A DNA stretch of 64,000 nucleotides, from assembly GCA_964347045.1 (NCBI GenBank), contig CAYFXC010000004.1, forward strand, positions 65,650 to 129,649, written 5' to 3'. This document shows positions 50,572 through 59,301 of the stretch, piece by piece (positions within the stretch are counted from its first letter, which is position 1; every line of letters starts with the position of its first letter). Source of the DNA: an uncultured archaeon (GTDB taxonomy: Archaea; Asgardarchaeota; Hermodarchaeia; Hermodarchaeales; Hermodarchaeaceae). The notes beneath the pieces are model-generated. The model saw only the letters and a list, made by a program, of their open reading frames with translations, ran no database searches and was not told where the DNA came from. The position numbers were made by a program, and so were the translations under genes.

Positions 50572-50946
50572 ATGGGCAAGAAAGAATTACTTTTTGATGA
50601 AAATCTCAGTATGTCACCAAAAACCCTAAGCGGGCAACTTCGCCTTCTTCTAGAACAGCGCAAATGGACCATCCATTCAGTTCATGAGATTCCAGAGCTA
50701 GTTGGACAGCCAGATGAACAAGTTATTTCCTTTGCCAAAAAACACGGATATGCACTACTTACTTTAGATAAACGTATGGCATATATTGCTGTTAAAGAAC
50801 AAGTTGATGTTTATCTCGTTCTTCACGAAAAATATGCTGCTGTCGCTGATGCAACGGAAGAGCTAACAGTTGTTCGTTTAGAACCGTTCGCCAATGTACA
50901 AGCTAAAACCAGCTACCGTGCAGAATTTAGCCCCAATAAACCTTAG
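50572..50946 (+). CDS. DUF5615/Mut7-C-like PIN-domain protein
   Basis: LLFDENLS, PDEQVISFA, LLTLDK; ATG 50572 after GAAGGTG. Confidence 0.75.
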   Translation: MGKKELLFDENLSMSPKTLSGQLRLLLEQRKWTIHSVHEIPELVGQPDEQVISFAKKHGYALLTLDKRMAYIAVKEQVDVYLVLHEKYAAVADATEELTVVRLEPFANVQAKTSYRAEFSPNKP

Positions 50947-50970
50947 ACAAAAAGAAAACCGGTCAAAGAA

Positions 50971-52428
50971 GTGATAATCCTGACACAAGAGGATCACGAG
51001 TTGTCAATCCAAGTTGATCAGTCAACATGTGATTCATCAAAGTGTCGACAGGAATGTGTTGACGCTTGTCCAATCTATCTACGCAAAAGTGGTCCATTTC
51101 CAATCTCCATTTGGAAACAAACAGGAAAAGCAAAAATCAACCCTAGTTTCTGTACGGCTTGTGAAGTATGTATCACAAAATGCCCATTAGAGGCAATTTC
51201 AAAAACGAAAGTTTCTTCGATTGTTCGACAACAAAAAACTTACGAAATGAAATTCAATCTTGAAGAATGGGTAAGGAGTCCATATGTCGTTGATACCGAA
51301 GTATTTCATCGTTTTAGAGAAGATAACACCATCTTTGCCCGAGTAATGAATGATCCCGAGTTTCCCGATTATCTAATTGGCATCTATTCCCATCAAGACG
51401 CAATAATTCAGTTAAAGCGACCAGGTTATTCGAAAACCGATGCAGCACTCAGTTCTGCGGCATGGACTGTTTATGATCATTTCCGAGAAGCATTCTTATG
51501 GAAAAAACTTCAAGCATCACCAGAAGCAAAATTTGACGCCGAACTTGCTCAACCTGAGATTCGAAAATTGCCTTTAAAAGAGATCCGCGACATAACTCAC
51601 ATTATCAAGCAATCTGCAAAAGCGTATGGTGCAGCAGTCGTCGGTGTATGTAATCTTAATCGCGATTGGATTTATTCACATGATAAGCGAGGAGAGCCAC
51701 TTTCCATCCCAGACCATATTACCTACGCCATTATTATTGGAGTCGAAATGGATCTTGAAAGTCTCCAAACATCTCCCGCTTATCCTGCATCTTTTGCAAC
51801 AGGAAATGGCTACTCCCGTATGGCATTTATTCAATCTTGCATGGCGGAGTTCATACGCTTACTAGGCTATGACGCAATCCCTGCAGGCAATAATGTGGGG
51901 CTAAGTGTCCCATTAGCAATTGAAGCTGGGCTGGGTGAATATGGACGACATGGACTTCTCATCAACCCCGAATTTGGTTCAAACCTACGAATATGCAAGA
52001 TTTTTACTAATCTTCCCTTGATTCCAGATAAACCAATAAAGTTCGGCGCTCTCCGCTTTTGTCAAACTTGTAAACGCTGCGCTGAATCCTGCCCCGCACA
52101 ATCCATCTCATATGACGACCAGCCCACATGGTCTGGGTCCAGCAAATCTAATAATCCTGGAATTCTGAAATGGTACGTAAACGTTGAGACCTGCTACCAC
52201 TTCTGGACCCAAAATGGCAACGATTGTAGCAACTGTATAGTCTCATGCCCCTTTACAAAAAATCGTCACTGGTCCCACCGAATAGCACGCTTCTTCATTA
52301 AACGGTTCCCAATTTTCAATCGCCTATTTGTTTCCCTTGATCACATCTTAGGTTATGGTAAACAACGGGACCCTTCAACTCTCTGGAAAACCGATAAAGA
52401 ATTCATTCATACTCGGAAAGGAAAGTAG
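50971..52428 (+). CDS. rdhA: Reductive dehalogenase (RdhA-like) with N-terminal ferredoxin domain
   Basis: YSRM, GYDAIP, PLAIEAGLGEYGRHGLLI.PEFG, TNLPL.PDKP, FCQTCKRCAESCP, W..N...C...W....DCSNCIVSCPF; extra N-terminal CxxxxCxxxCxxxCP and CxxCxxCxxxCP. Confidence 0.82.
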   Translation: MIILTQEDHELSIQVDQSTCDSSKCRQECVDACPIYLRKSGPFPISIWKQTGKAKINPSFCTACEVCITKCPLEAISKTKVSSIVRQQKTYEMKFNLEEWVRSPYVVDTEVFHRFREDNTIFARVMNDPEFPDYLIGIYSHQDAIIQLKRPGYSKTDAALSSAAWTVYDHFREAFLWKKLQASPEAKFDAELAQPEIRKLPLKEIRDITHIIKQSAKAYGAAVVGVCNLNRDWIYSHDKRGEPLSIPDHITYAIIIGVEMDLESLQTSPAYPASFATGNGYSRMAFIQSCMAEFIRLLGYDAIPAGNNVGLSVPLAIEAGLGEYGRHGLLINPEFGSNLRICKIFTNLPLIPDKPIKFGALRFCQTCKRCAESCPAQSISYDDQPTWSGSSKSNNPGILKWYVNVETCYHFWTQNGNDCSNCIVSCPFTKNRHWSHRIARFFIKRFPIFNRLFVSLDHILGYGKQRDPSTLWKTDKEFIHTRKGK

Positions 52429-52528
52429 ATTCTGAAAATCGTCATTAAATAAGAGGGAGTTAAGAAAAATGATTGAGATTACGCTAGTAATGTACTTATT
52501 ATTTGATTTTCTAAAAAAAGGGGAGAGT

Positions 52529-52876
52529 CTAGATAGGTTTCCGCTCCTTCACTTTCCCGATGAATTTATCAAAATCCCCTTTCCTAGCAGAATATATTTA
52601 ATACGCGGTCTTTCCCGAATCTTCATCGAAGGTCAAATACAAACTTGTAGGTCCACCACTCCATCGTTCATAACTATGGCCTCTAAGTCGGTCCACTGGA
52701 AAGCCATGTATTCGTTTCTTCTCTTTCTTGAAAGTACCTGTTACTTCGAGAAAGATGAATTCTTTTTCTATTAGAACTAATTCGCCTTTCGTTTTCTCAA
52801 GCGTGTTGAATCCACCTTCATCTCGGATCTCATGCGTTGCCCTAATGGAAATAATAACTTTTGCTCTTGAAAGCAA
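52529..52876 (-). pseudogene. PH-like domain gene with premature stop
   Basis: GELVLIEKEFIFLE...FPVDRL...LYLTF, then TAA at 52598-52600; in-frame continuation IYSARKGDFDKFIGKVKE supplies the terminal strand and helix. Confidence 0.45.
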
Positions 52877-53010
52877 ATCAGTTTCCGTAATTGATCAAAA
52901 CTTGAAAGGCAAAGTAACAATGAAAGATAAAAGCGTAAAGAAGATATCAGGTCCACATCAGCAGAAATGCTCTATAATTCTGAATTAGTGTTTACTCATA
53001 GATTAAACAA

Positions 53011-53466
53011 TTAGAGGGTTTTTCGCATCACCCATGCGGTTGTGCATAATGCTGTAAATTCGACTGATTGTTTAACATTCTCAAAGACTTGCTCTCGGTC
53101 AATCAATTGGAAACCAAATTTCTGAAAGAAGCCCACAGCGGAATCTGTAAGTAAAAACAGAAAACGAATCTTTTGCTCTTTGACCTGTTGGATTATTGCT
53201 TCTGTAAGCTGTGTTCCAAGACCTTGGTTTTGATAATCTGGATGAATTGCAAGAGAGCGAAGTAAGGCAGATTTCCCATACTGTTCGAGGCCAACGCAAC
53301 CGATGATTGGTGCGGAGTGTTTCTGTGAGTCATCACTGGGAGCAGTGGCTATGAGGAAAGTGTTGAAATGGTCTTTAACTCCTTCAGTAGGTAATTCGAC
53401 TATGCGCAATAGTGCTAGCACATTTGAAAGGTCTTCTGGATTAGATTTTCGGATAGTTTCAATCAC
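53011..53466 (-). CDS. GNAT N-acetyltransferase, ArsN2-like
   Basis: LPTEG..H, GCVGLEQYG.SALLRSLAI, QNQGLG, FLLTDSA..FF...GF, S.EF..LC. Confidence 0.82.
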   Translation of the reverse strand: MIETIRKSNPEDLSNVLALLRIVELPTEGVKDHFNTFLIATAPSDDSQKHSAPIIGCVGLEQYGKSALLRSLAIHPDYQNQGLGTQLTEAIIQQVKEQKIRFLFLLTDSAVGFFQKFGFQLIDREQVFENVKQSVEFTALCTTAWVMRKTL

Positions 53467-53468
53467 GA

Positions 53469-54518
53469 TTAGTCACTAAAAACAATGAGAGCAGCCCTAA
53501 TAGCTGTTAGGATGTGATGATAAATTGTTTCAGCTTTTTTCGAAGTAGAAACGCCTTTTACCAAAATATTACCTTCACCGACAATGCTGACTTCTACTCC
53601 CTTCGAATACTGAATTTGAACACCTAAAGAACTCTGAGCAATGATAGGATAATGCTTACGAAGGAGTTCTGTTGCTCGAACAATGTCTATGGGAACTGGG
53701 TTATTTGAATGCACTAGGAAAGTCTCCTCAGTACAAAGTTCCGTGATTTCAAGTTCTGGACTTTTCTCAAGTTTAACAAGCTCAGCATCAAGACCGCACA
53801 CAGGACACGCATCATGCGACTGAATTGGGATCAAATCAAGTCGAAACCTGTTGATATCAAATACCAGCAATTGATTTGTCAACAATGGTGGCTGACGAAG
53901 AATAAGGTGAAGTACTTCTTGCACTTGAAGGTTAGCGATAACACCTAGCAAAGTTGGATAGATACCTACTGTTGCACAACTTGGCTGATCCTCATCAATT
54001 CCACTGAACACACATTCTAGACAAGCAGTTTTCCCAGGAACTATGGTCGACAAATTCCCGACTCCTGCAAGAGCACCTGCAAACACGTAGGGGACCTTTT
54101 GACGAACACATGCGCGATTCAATGCATATCGTGGTTTAAAACTATCCAACCCATCCACCACTACATCCATCCCCTCAACCACTCGATCAGCTGTTGCTTC
54201 TGTAACTGAAAAAGCCATAGCTTCAACTTTAACATCGGCATTAATCTGATGCAACCGATTCAAAGCTACCTCAACCTTGGGTTTTCCCACGTCATTGGCT
54301 GTGTATAATAATTGGCGTTGAAGATTGGATTCTTCCACGATGTCGCGATCAACAATACGCAAGGTGCCAACGCCTAGAGATGCTAGTTGCCTAGCAGAAA
54401 CACTGCCAAGCCCACCAATTCCTACTACTACAACTTTTGCTTTCCGAATTCGTTGGAGACCAGATTGGCCAATGCCATCTAAAACTCGGAAACGACTATA
54501 ACGATCTTCAGAAGCCAT
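53469..54518 (-). CDS. MoeB/ThiF/UbaA E1-like adenylyltransferase with C-terminal extension
   Basis: RYSR, GIGGLG, DRDIVEESNLQRQ, CLEC, CATVG, CPVC. Confidence 0.92.
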   Translation of the reverse strand: MASEDRYSRFRVLDGIGQSGLQRIRKAKVVVVGIGGLGSVSARQLASLGVGTLRIVDRDIVEESNLQRQLLYTANDVGKPKVEVALNRLHQINADVKVEAMAFSVTEATADRVVEGMDVVVDGLDSFKPRYALNRACVRQKVPYVFAGALAGVGNLSTIVPGKTACLECVFSGIDEDQPSCATVGIYPTLLGVIANLQVQEVLHLILRQPPLLTNQLLVFDINRFRLDLIPIQSHDACPVCGLDAELVKLEKSPELEITELCTEETFLVHSNNPVPIDIVRATELLRKHYPIIAQSSLGVQIQYSKGVEVSIVGEGNILVKGVSTSKKAETIYHHILTAIRAALIVFSD

Positions 54519-54540
54519 ACATTGTTCTCTCCAATTTAAT

Positions 54541-55542
54541 TCACTCACCATTCACAGAAAAAAATAGTTCCTTTATGTATTCACAAGCCGAACACTGCAC
54601 ACGTGATGTTGGTTCACCACAACTTTGACACGCCTGAAAGGATTTTGAATCATCTGTTTTGATGACGTTTATAATTCTACAAAGATTTTCCTGTAAATGA
54701 TTTTTTGTGCCTGGGCGGAAAACCTCAATTGAATTGAGCCAATTACGAATTTCGCTTCGTAATGATTGCGACCCGTAAGGGCAGGGACATTTGTAATAGG
54801 GTACATGCAACCCTTTTACAAATTGAGTGATTTCATTTTCATGAATTTCAAAAAGCGGTTTGATCCGAGGGATTAACCAGCCTTCTAGGCCTTTTAGCAC
54901 AGGATTTATTCGAGACAGCCGTTGAATATCACCTCGGATAAGGTTCATCATCATCGACTGTATTTCATCATCTAGATTATGACCTAATGCGAGACTGTCA
55001 GCATTTATCCGCCTAGCCAAGATATTGAGCCCCTGACGTCGGAGAACACCACAATATGCGCAGGTTGAAAGGGGAGAGTTGAGATTAGTTGCATGTTTAT
55101 GAATTTGATCAAGATCAATGTCATAGAGCTCCTGGTATGATGCAGAAACATGTTCAATACCGAGTATCTGAGTAGCAAGCTTCAAAGTGTGTTTTCTATT
55201 TCTGGCTTCAGCTATACCCTCTTCAATTGTAATTGCAACAAGCTCGATACTATCGTATCGTTCCTGTAATTCAGAAAGAACAGCTAACAATGCTGTGCTA
55301 TCTTTCCCACCAGAATAAGCAATAGCGATCCGATTTCTTGGTTGTATCATCTTCCATTTTGAGATTGTAGTTTCAACCCTAGATTTAATGGATAATTGGA
55401 AACAAGATTGGCAGAGAACTTCACGTGAATAGGGTTTAACATAGAAGGATTCATGACCGCAATTATTACATGAGTTATCGTGAAAATGATTTGACATCAT
55501 ATCAACCAAGTAATGATTATCGATTCGCTCGGAAATGAACAC
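54541..55542 (-). CDS. ncsA: tRNA 2-thiolation protein NcsA/TtuA/Ctu1 family
   Basis: PP-loop SGGKDS, CAYCGVLRR, GHNLDD, RIKPL, CPY, N- and C-terminal Zn fingers. Confidence 0.88.
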   Translation of the reverse strand: MFISERIDNHYLVDMMSNHFHDNSCNNCGHESFYVKPYSREVLCQSCFQLSIKSRVETTISKWKMIQPRNRIAIAYSGGKDSTALLAVLSELQERYDSIELVAITIEEGIAEARNRKHTLKLATQILGIEHVSASYQELYDIDLDQIHKHATNLNSPLSTCAYCGVLRRQGLNILARRINADSLALGHNLDDEIQSMMMNLIRGDIQRLSRINPVLKGLEGWLIPRIKPLFEIHENEITQFVKGLHVPYYKCPCPYGSQSLRSEIRNWLNSIEVFRPGTKNHLQENLCRIINVIKTDDSKSFQACQSCGEPTSRVQCSACEYIKELFFSVNGE

Positions 55543-55845
55543 ACACCCATGACTAGTGTGATGAGACTAAATGAATAATCGCTTGCCAATTCTAATTTAA
55601 ATGTTTAAGTGCATTGAAATTACTATTTGTTTTCTTGTGAGCGCTTGGCGACTTACAGGTTAAACCAAACTAAATTCGGTTAGAAAAACAAAGCGTCTTG
55701 GTTTCGAAAATTATGCTGAAAAATACAGCCAATATTAAACTGCGAATAAGTCTTTCTTTAACCGAAATTAACGTCTAATATAAAAGATTAAACAAGCTTG
55801 ATTCATATTTTTATGAAAAACTTGGGAAGAGAGAAGTAGGATACT

Positions 55846-58800
55846 TCAGATACGCATAATGAGCATAAACGCGACTAGTAATGCGTAGATGGCTAGCGCC
55901 TCCGCAAGGACGACCGGCACCATTGATTTACTAAAAATTCCTGGTTTCTTTGCAATAGCCCCAATTAACCCTGCTCCTGCCCAACCTATTGCAATCCCAG
56001 CCATTAACGCCCCTAAACCAACAGTTGCGGCCGCTGCAACACCCACAAACGCCCCAATATCTGTAATGGCGTCCAATCGCATCACCAGCATAAATGCGGT
56101 CAACAATCCATAAATGCCAAGTGCCTCGGCTAAAACTACAGCCACTAAACCCTTACTGAACGATTCCGGTGCTGATCTTATTCCTGTGCATAACGCTTCA
56201 CCTGAATACCCAATGCCTAAACCCCCACCAATTCCTGCAACACCAATTGCCAATCCTGCACCAATCGCCAACCATCCCTGAGCTGGTAAGGTTGCGGAAT
56301 CAATTCGCATCACTACCATGAACCCGACTAATAACCCATAAATACCAAGAGCTTCTGCGAGGACAACGGCCACAAGTCCCTTACTGAATGCACTTGGTTC
56401 CAAAGAAATTGTACGTGCTAACGTAGCACCAGCATGAGCAATACCAAAACCTGCTCCGAAACAAGCAAAGCCCACAGCGAGGGCTGTTCCCAATCCCATC
56501 AATCCTTGGCTTATATCCATAACTGAATCTATTCGCATAATCAACATGAAACTCATTAATAGTCCATAGATTCCAAGCGCTTCAGCTAGTACGACACTTA
56601 CTAGACCTTTGGAAAATACGTCCGGGGCTGAAACTAGACTCACACAAAGCGCTGCACCCGCTAAAGCAATGCCAATCCCTCCACCTATTGCCGCAAGTCC
56701 AATCGCAGCACCTGCACCAATTCCAACCAATCCCTGACCAAAAAAAGTGACCGATTCCATTCGCATAAGCAACATGAAACTTGATAACAGACCATATATT
56801 CCTAAGGCCTCAGCTAGTACAACTGCTACCAATCCTTTACTGAATATCTCAGGACGATGTACTAAACCTTCAGACAAAGCGGATCCACTTTTTGCGATAC
56901 CTATACCCGCACCAATAGCCGCCAAACCGATACTTAGACTTGCACCAACTGCGAGAAAACCAGGAGTGACATCGACAACTGTGTCGATACGCATCAAGAG
57001 CATGAAGCTTGCAAGCAAACCATAAATACCCAAGGCTTCCGCGAGAACAACACTAACCAACCCTTTACTAAACACTTCTGGACGAGCAGCAAGGCTTCGT
57101 GATAAAGCCGCACCAGCGAGGGCAATTCCAAATCCAGCACCAATAGCCGCAAGTCCAATAGCAAGACCCGCTGAAACTGCAACAATACTTTGGCCAATCT
57201 GAGTAACTGTATCAATGCGCATCAACAACATAAAACTAGTGAGCAACCCATAGATGCCCAAAGCTTCAGCTAAAACAACACTCACCAAGCCTTTGCTAAA
57301 GGATTCGGGAGCATACACAATGGTTCGAGACATGCTGGCACCTGCACGCGCAATACCAATACCAGCACCAAAAGCAGCGAGACCAATAGCCATACCAGCA
57401 CCAACACCCACAAGCCCCTGAGCCATTCCAACTGGGTCAACCCCAATCGTGTCAATCCGCATCAATAACATGAAACCAGCGAGTAAGCCATAAATCGCAA
57501 GGGCTTCAGCAAGGACAACCCCGATAAGCCCTTTACTGAAAATTTCTGAACGTTCACCTAGACTTTCAGATAAAGCACTTCCAGCAAATGCAATACCGAT
57601 TCCTGCTCCAATACCTGCAACACCAACAGCAATGGCTGCAGCCAATCCCATGAAGCCTTGTCCTATACCGGAAATTGCATCTATCCGCATAAGTAACATG
57701 AAGCTTGCAAGCAAACCATAGATACCTAAAGCTTCAGCTAAAACAACGCTCACGAGTCCTTTACTGAATGCTTCAGGTGCAACAACGAGAGTTCGGTTGA
57801 TGGAAGCCCCCGCTTTAGCAATACCATAGCCTGCACCAATGGCCGCAAGCCCAATGGCCAATGCCGCAGCTAAACCTACTAACCCTTGACCAATTAGTGA
57901 AACCGTTTCGATGCGCATCAGCAACATAAAACTCGCCAACAACCCATAGATCCCGAGCGCTTCCGCTAACACTACACTCACAAGACCTTTGCTGAAAACT
58001 TCCGGACGATCAACAAGACTTTGTGATAAGGATGCGCCTGCTGCTGCAATACCAACCCCTGCACCAAATGCGGCCAGCCCCACACCCAAAGCCGCTGCTG
58101 TGGCAATCAAGCCTTGGGCTTCGAGAGTAACCGTATCTATTCGCATGAGTAGCATGAAACTAGCTAACAACCCATAGATGCCAAGAGCTTCCGCTAAAAC
58201 GACACTCACCAAGCCTTTGCTAAAGGATTCCGGTGCTTCAACAAGAGACTTGCTAAGTGCGCCACCTGCAGCAGCGATGCCAATACCTGCACCGAGCCCA
58301 GCAATCCCAACCGCGAGCCCCGCTCCAATTCCCACTAGTCCCTGGGCGATGAGCGTTGATGTTTCGATGCGCATCAGCAACATAAAACTCGCCAACAACC
58401 CATAGATCCCGAGCGCTTCCGCTAACACTACACTCACAAGACCTTTGCTAAACACCTCGGGCCGCCTGGTTAGACTTTCTGATAGAGAAGCCCCACTTTG
58501 TGCAATACCAATACCAGCCCCAAAAGCAGCAAGTCCGACTCCAAGTGCTGCCGCAATAGCTATCAACCCTTGACCGAGAAAACCAACCGATTCGATGCGC
58601 ATTAAGAGCATAAAGCTTGCGAGCAAACCATAAATGCCCAAAGCTTCAGCGAGGACAACGCCGACAAGTCCTTTACTAAAAGACTCGGGTGCGATTACGA
58701 GAGCCTTATTGAGAGCAGCACCTGTTTTTGATATGCCAATACCAGCGCCAAGGGCGGCAAGACCAATGGCAAGCCCTGCCGCAATTGCCACGAACCCTTG

Positions 58801-59286
58801 ACCAATATTTGTGGCAGTCTCGACTCGCATGAGCAACATAAAACTGGTAAGCAGCCCATAGATTGCTAAAGCCTCAGCAAGGACAACGGAGACAAGGGCT
58901 TTGCTGAATGTTTGAGGGGCAGCCGCTGTACTTGTTGCCATGGCACTTCCTGCTTTCGCGATGCCAATACCAGCACCGATACAGGAAAGCCCGATTGCTA
59001 GACCTGCACCGAGTGCAACCAAACCTTGTGCTTCATTGGTGATAGCGCCAATGCGCATCAACAGCATGAAACTTGCAAGTAGACCGTATATGGCTAAAGC
59101 TTCAGCAAGGACAACAGTAATCATGCTTTTACTGAAAGATTCTGGTTTTTCGGCGACAGCACTAACCATAGCACTTCCGCTGAAGCCGATGCCGATTGCC
59201 GCGCCTGCGGCCCCTAACCCAGCGGCAAGGACGGCACCAAATGCGGTGTAGACTTGACCAATGTTAAGGAGAAGTACCTGGAGCAT
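55846..59286 (-). CDS. atpK: A1AO ATP synthase proteolipid subunit K (c) with 15 fused hairpins
   Basis: 15 consecutive 75-80-aa c-subunit hairpins (79+7x76+80+5x76+75 = 1146 aa), each with FSK..V.VVLAEAL(A/G)IY-type motif; directly downstream of subunit I. Confidence 0.96.
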   Translation of the reverse strand: MLQVLLLNIGQVYTAFGAVLAAGLGAAGAAIGIGFSGSAMVSAVAEKPESFSKSMITVVLAEALAIYGLLASFMLLMRIGAITNEAQGLVALGAGLAIGLSCIGAGIGIAKAGSAMATSTAAAPQTFSKALVSVVLAEALAIYGLLTSFMLLMRVETATNIGQGFVAIAAGLAIGLAALGAGIGISKTGAALNKALVIAPESFSKGLVGVVLAEALGIYGLLASFMLLMRIESVGFLGQGLIAIAAALGVGLAAFGAGIGIAQSGASLSESLTRRPEVFSKGLVSVVLAEALGIYGLLASFMLLMRIETSTLIAQGLVGIGAGLAVGIAGLGAGIGIAAAGGALSKSLVEAPESFSKGLVSVVLAEALGIYGLLASFMLLMRIDTVTLEAQGLIATAAALGVGLAAFGAGVGIAAAGASLSQSLVDRPEVFSKGLVSVVLAEALGIYGLLASFMLLMRIETVSLIGQGLVGLAAALAIGLAAIGAGYGIAKAGASINRTLVVAPEAFSKGLVSVVLAEALGIYGLLASFMLLMRIDAISGIGQGFMGLAAAIAVGVAGIGAGIGIAFAGSALSESLGERSEIFSKGLIGVVLAEALAIYGLLAGFMLLMRIDTIGVDPVGMAQGLVGVGAGMAIGLAAFGAGIGIARAGASMSRTIVYAPESFSKGLVSVVLAEALGIYGLLTSFMLLMRIDTVTQIGQSIVAVSAGLAIGLAAIGAGFGIALAGAALSRSLAARPEVFSKGLVSVVLAEALGIYGLLASFMLLMRIDTVVDVTPGFLAVGASLSIGLAAIGAGIGIAKSGSALSEGLVHRPEIFSKGLVAVVLAEALGIYGLLSSFMLLMRMESVTFFGQGLVGIGAGAAIGLAAIGGGIGIALAGAALCVSLVSAPDVFSKGLVSVVLAEALGIYGLLMSFMLIMRIDSVMDISQGLMGLGTALAVGFACFGAGFGIAHAGATLARTISLEPSAFSKGLVAVVLAEALGIYGLLVGFMVVMRIDSATLPAQGWLAIGAGLAIGVAGIGGGLGIGYSGEALCTGIRSAPESFSKGLVAVVLAEALGIYGLLTAFMLVMRLDAITDIGAFVGVAAAATVGLGALMAGIAIGWAGAGLIGAIAKKPGIFSKSMVPVVLAEALAIYALLVAFMLIMRI
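57905..58449. repeat. Exact 89-bp direct repeat inside atpK (57905-57993 and 58361-58449)
   Basis: Identical copies 456 bp (two hairpins) apart, covering helix 2 of hairpins 6 and 4. Confidence 0.9.
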
Positions 59287-59301
59287 ACTTGGTCACATGG
59301 A

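Noticed and set aside
52598-52600. Selenocysteine/pyrrolysine recoding
   Set aside because: The interrupting stop is TAA, not TGA or TAG; no convincing recoded ORF was seen in the window
55846-59286. 15-fold atpK as an assembly artefact or a CRISPR-like array
   Set aside because: Repeats differ extensively at amino-acid and synonymous positions, stay in frame and have no spacer structure; only short tracts are identical
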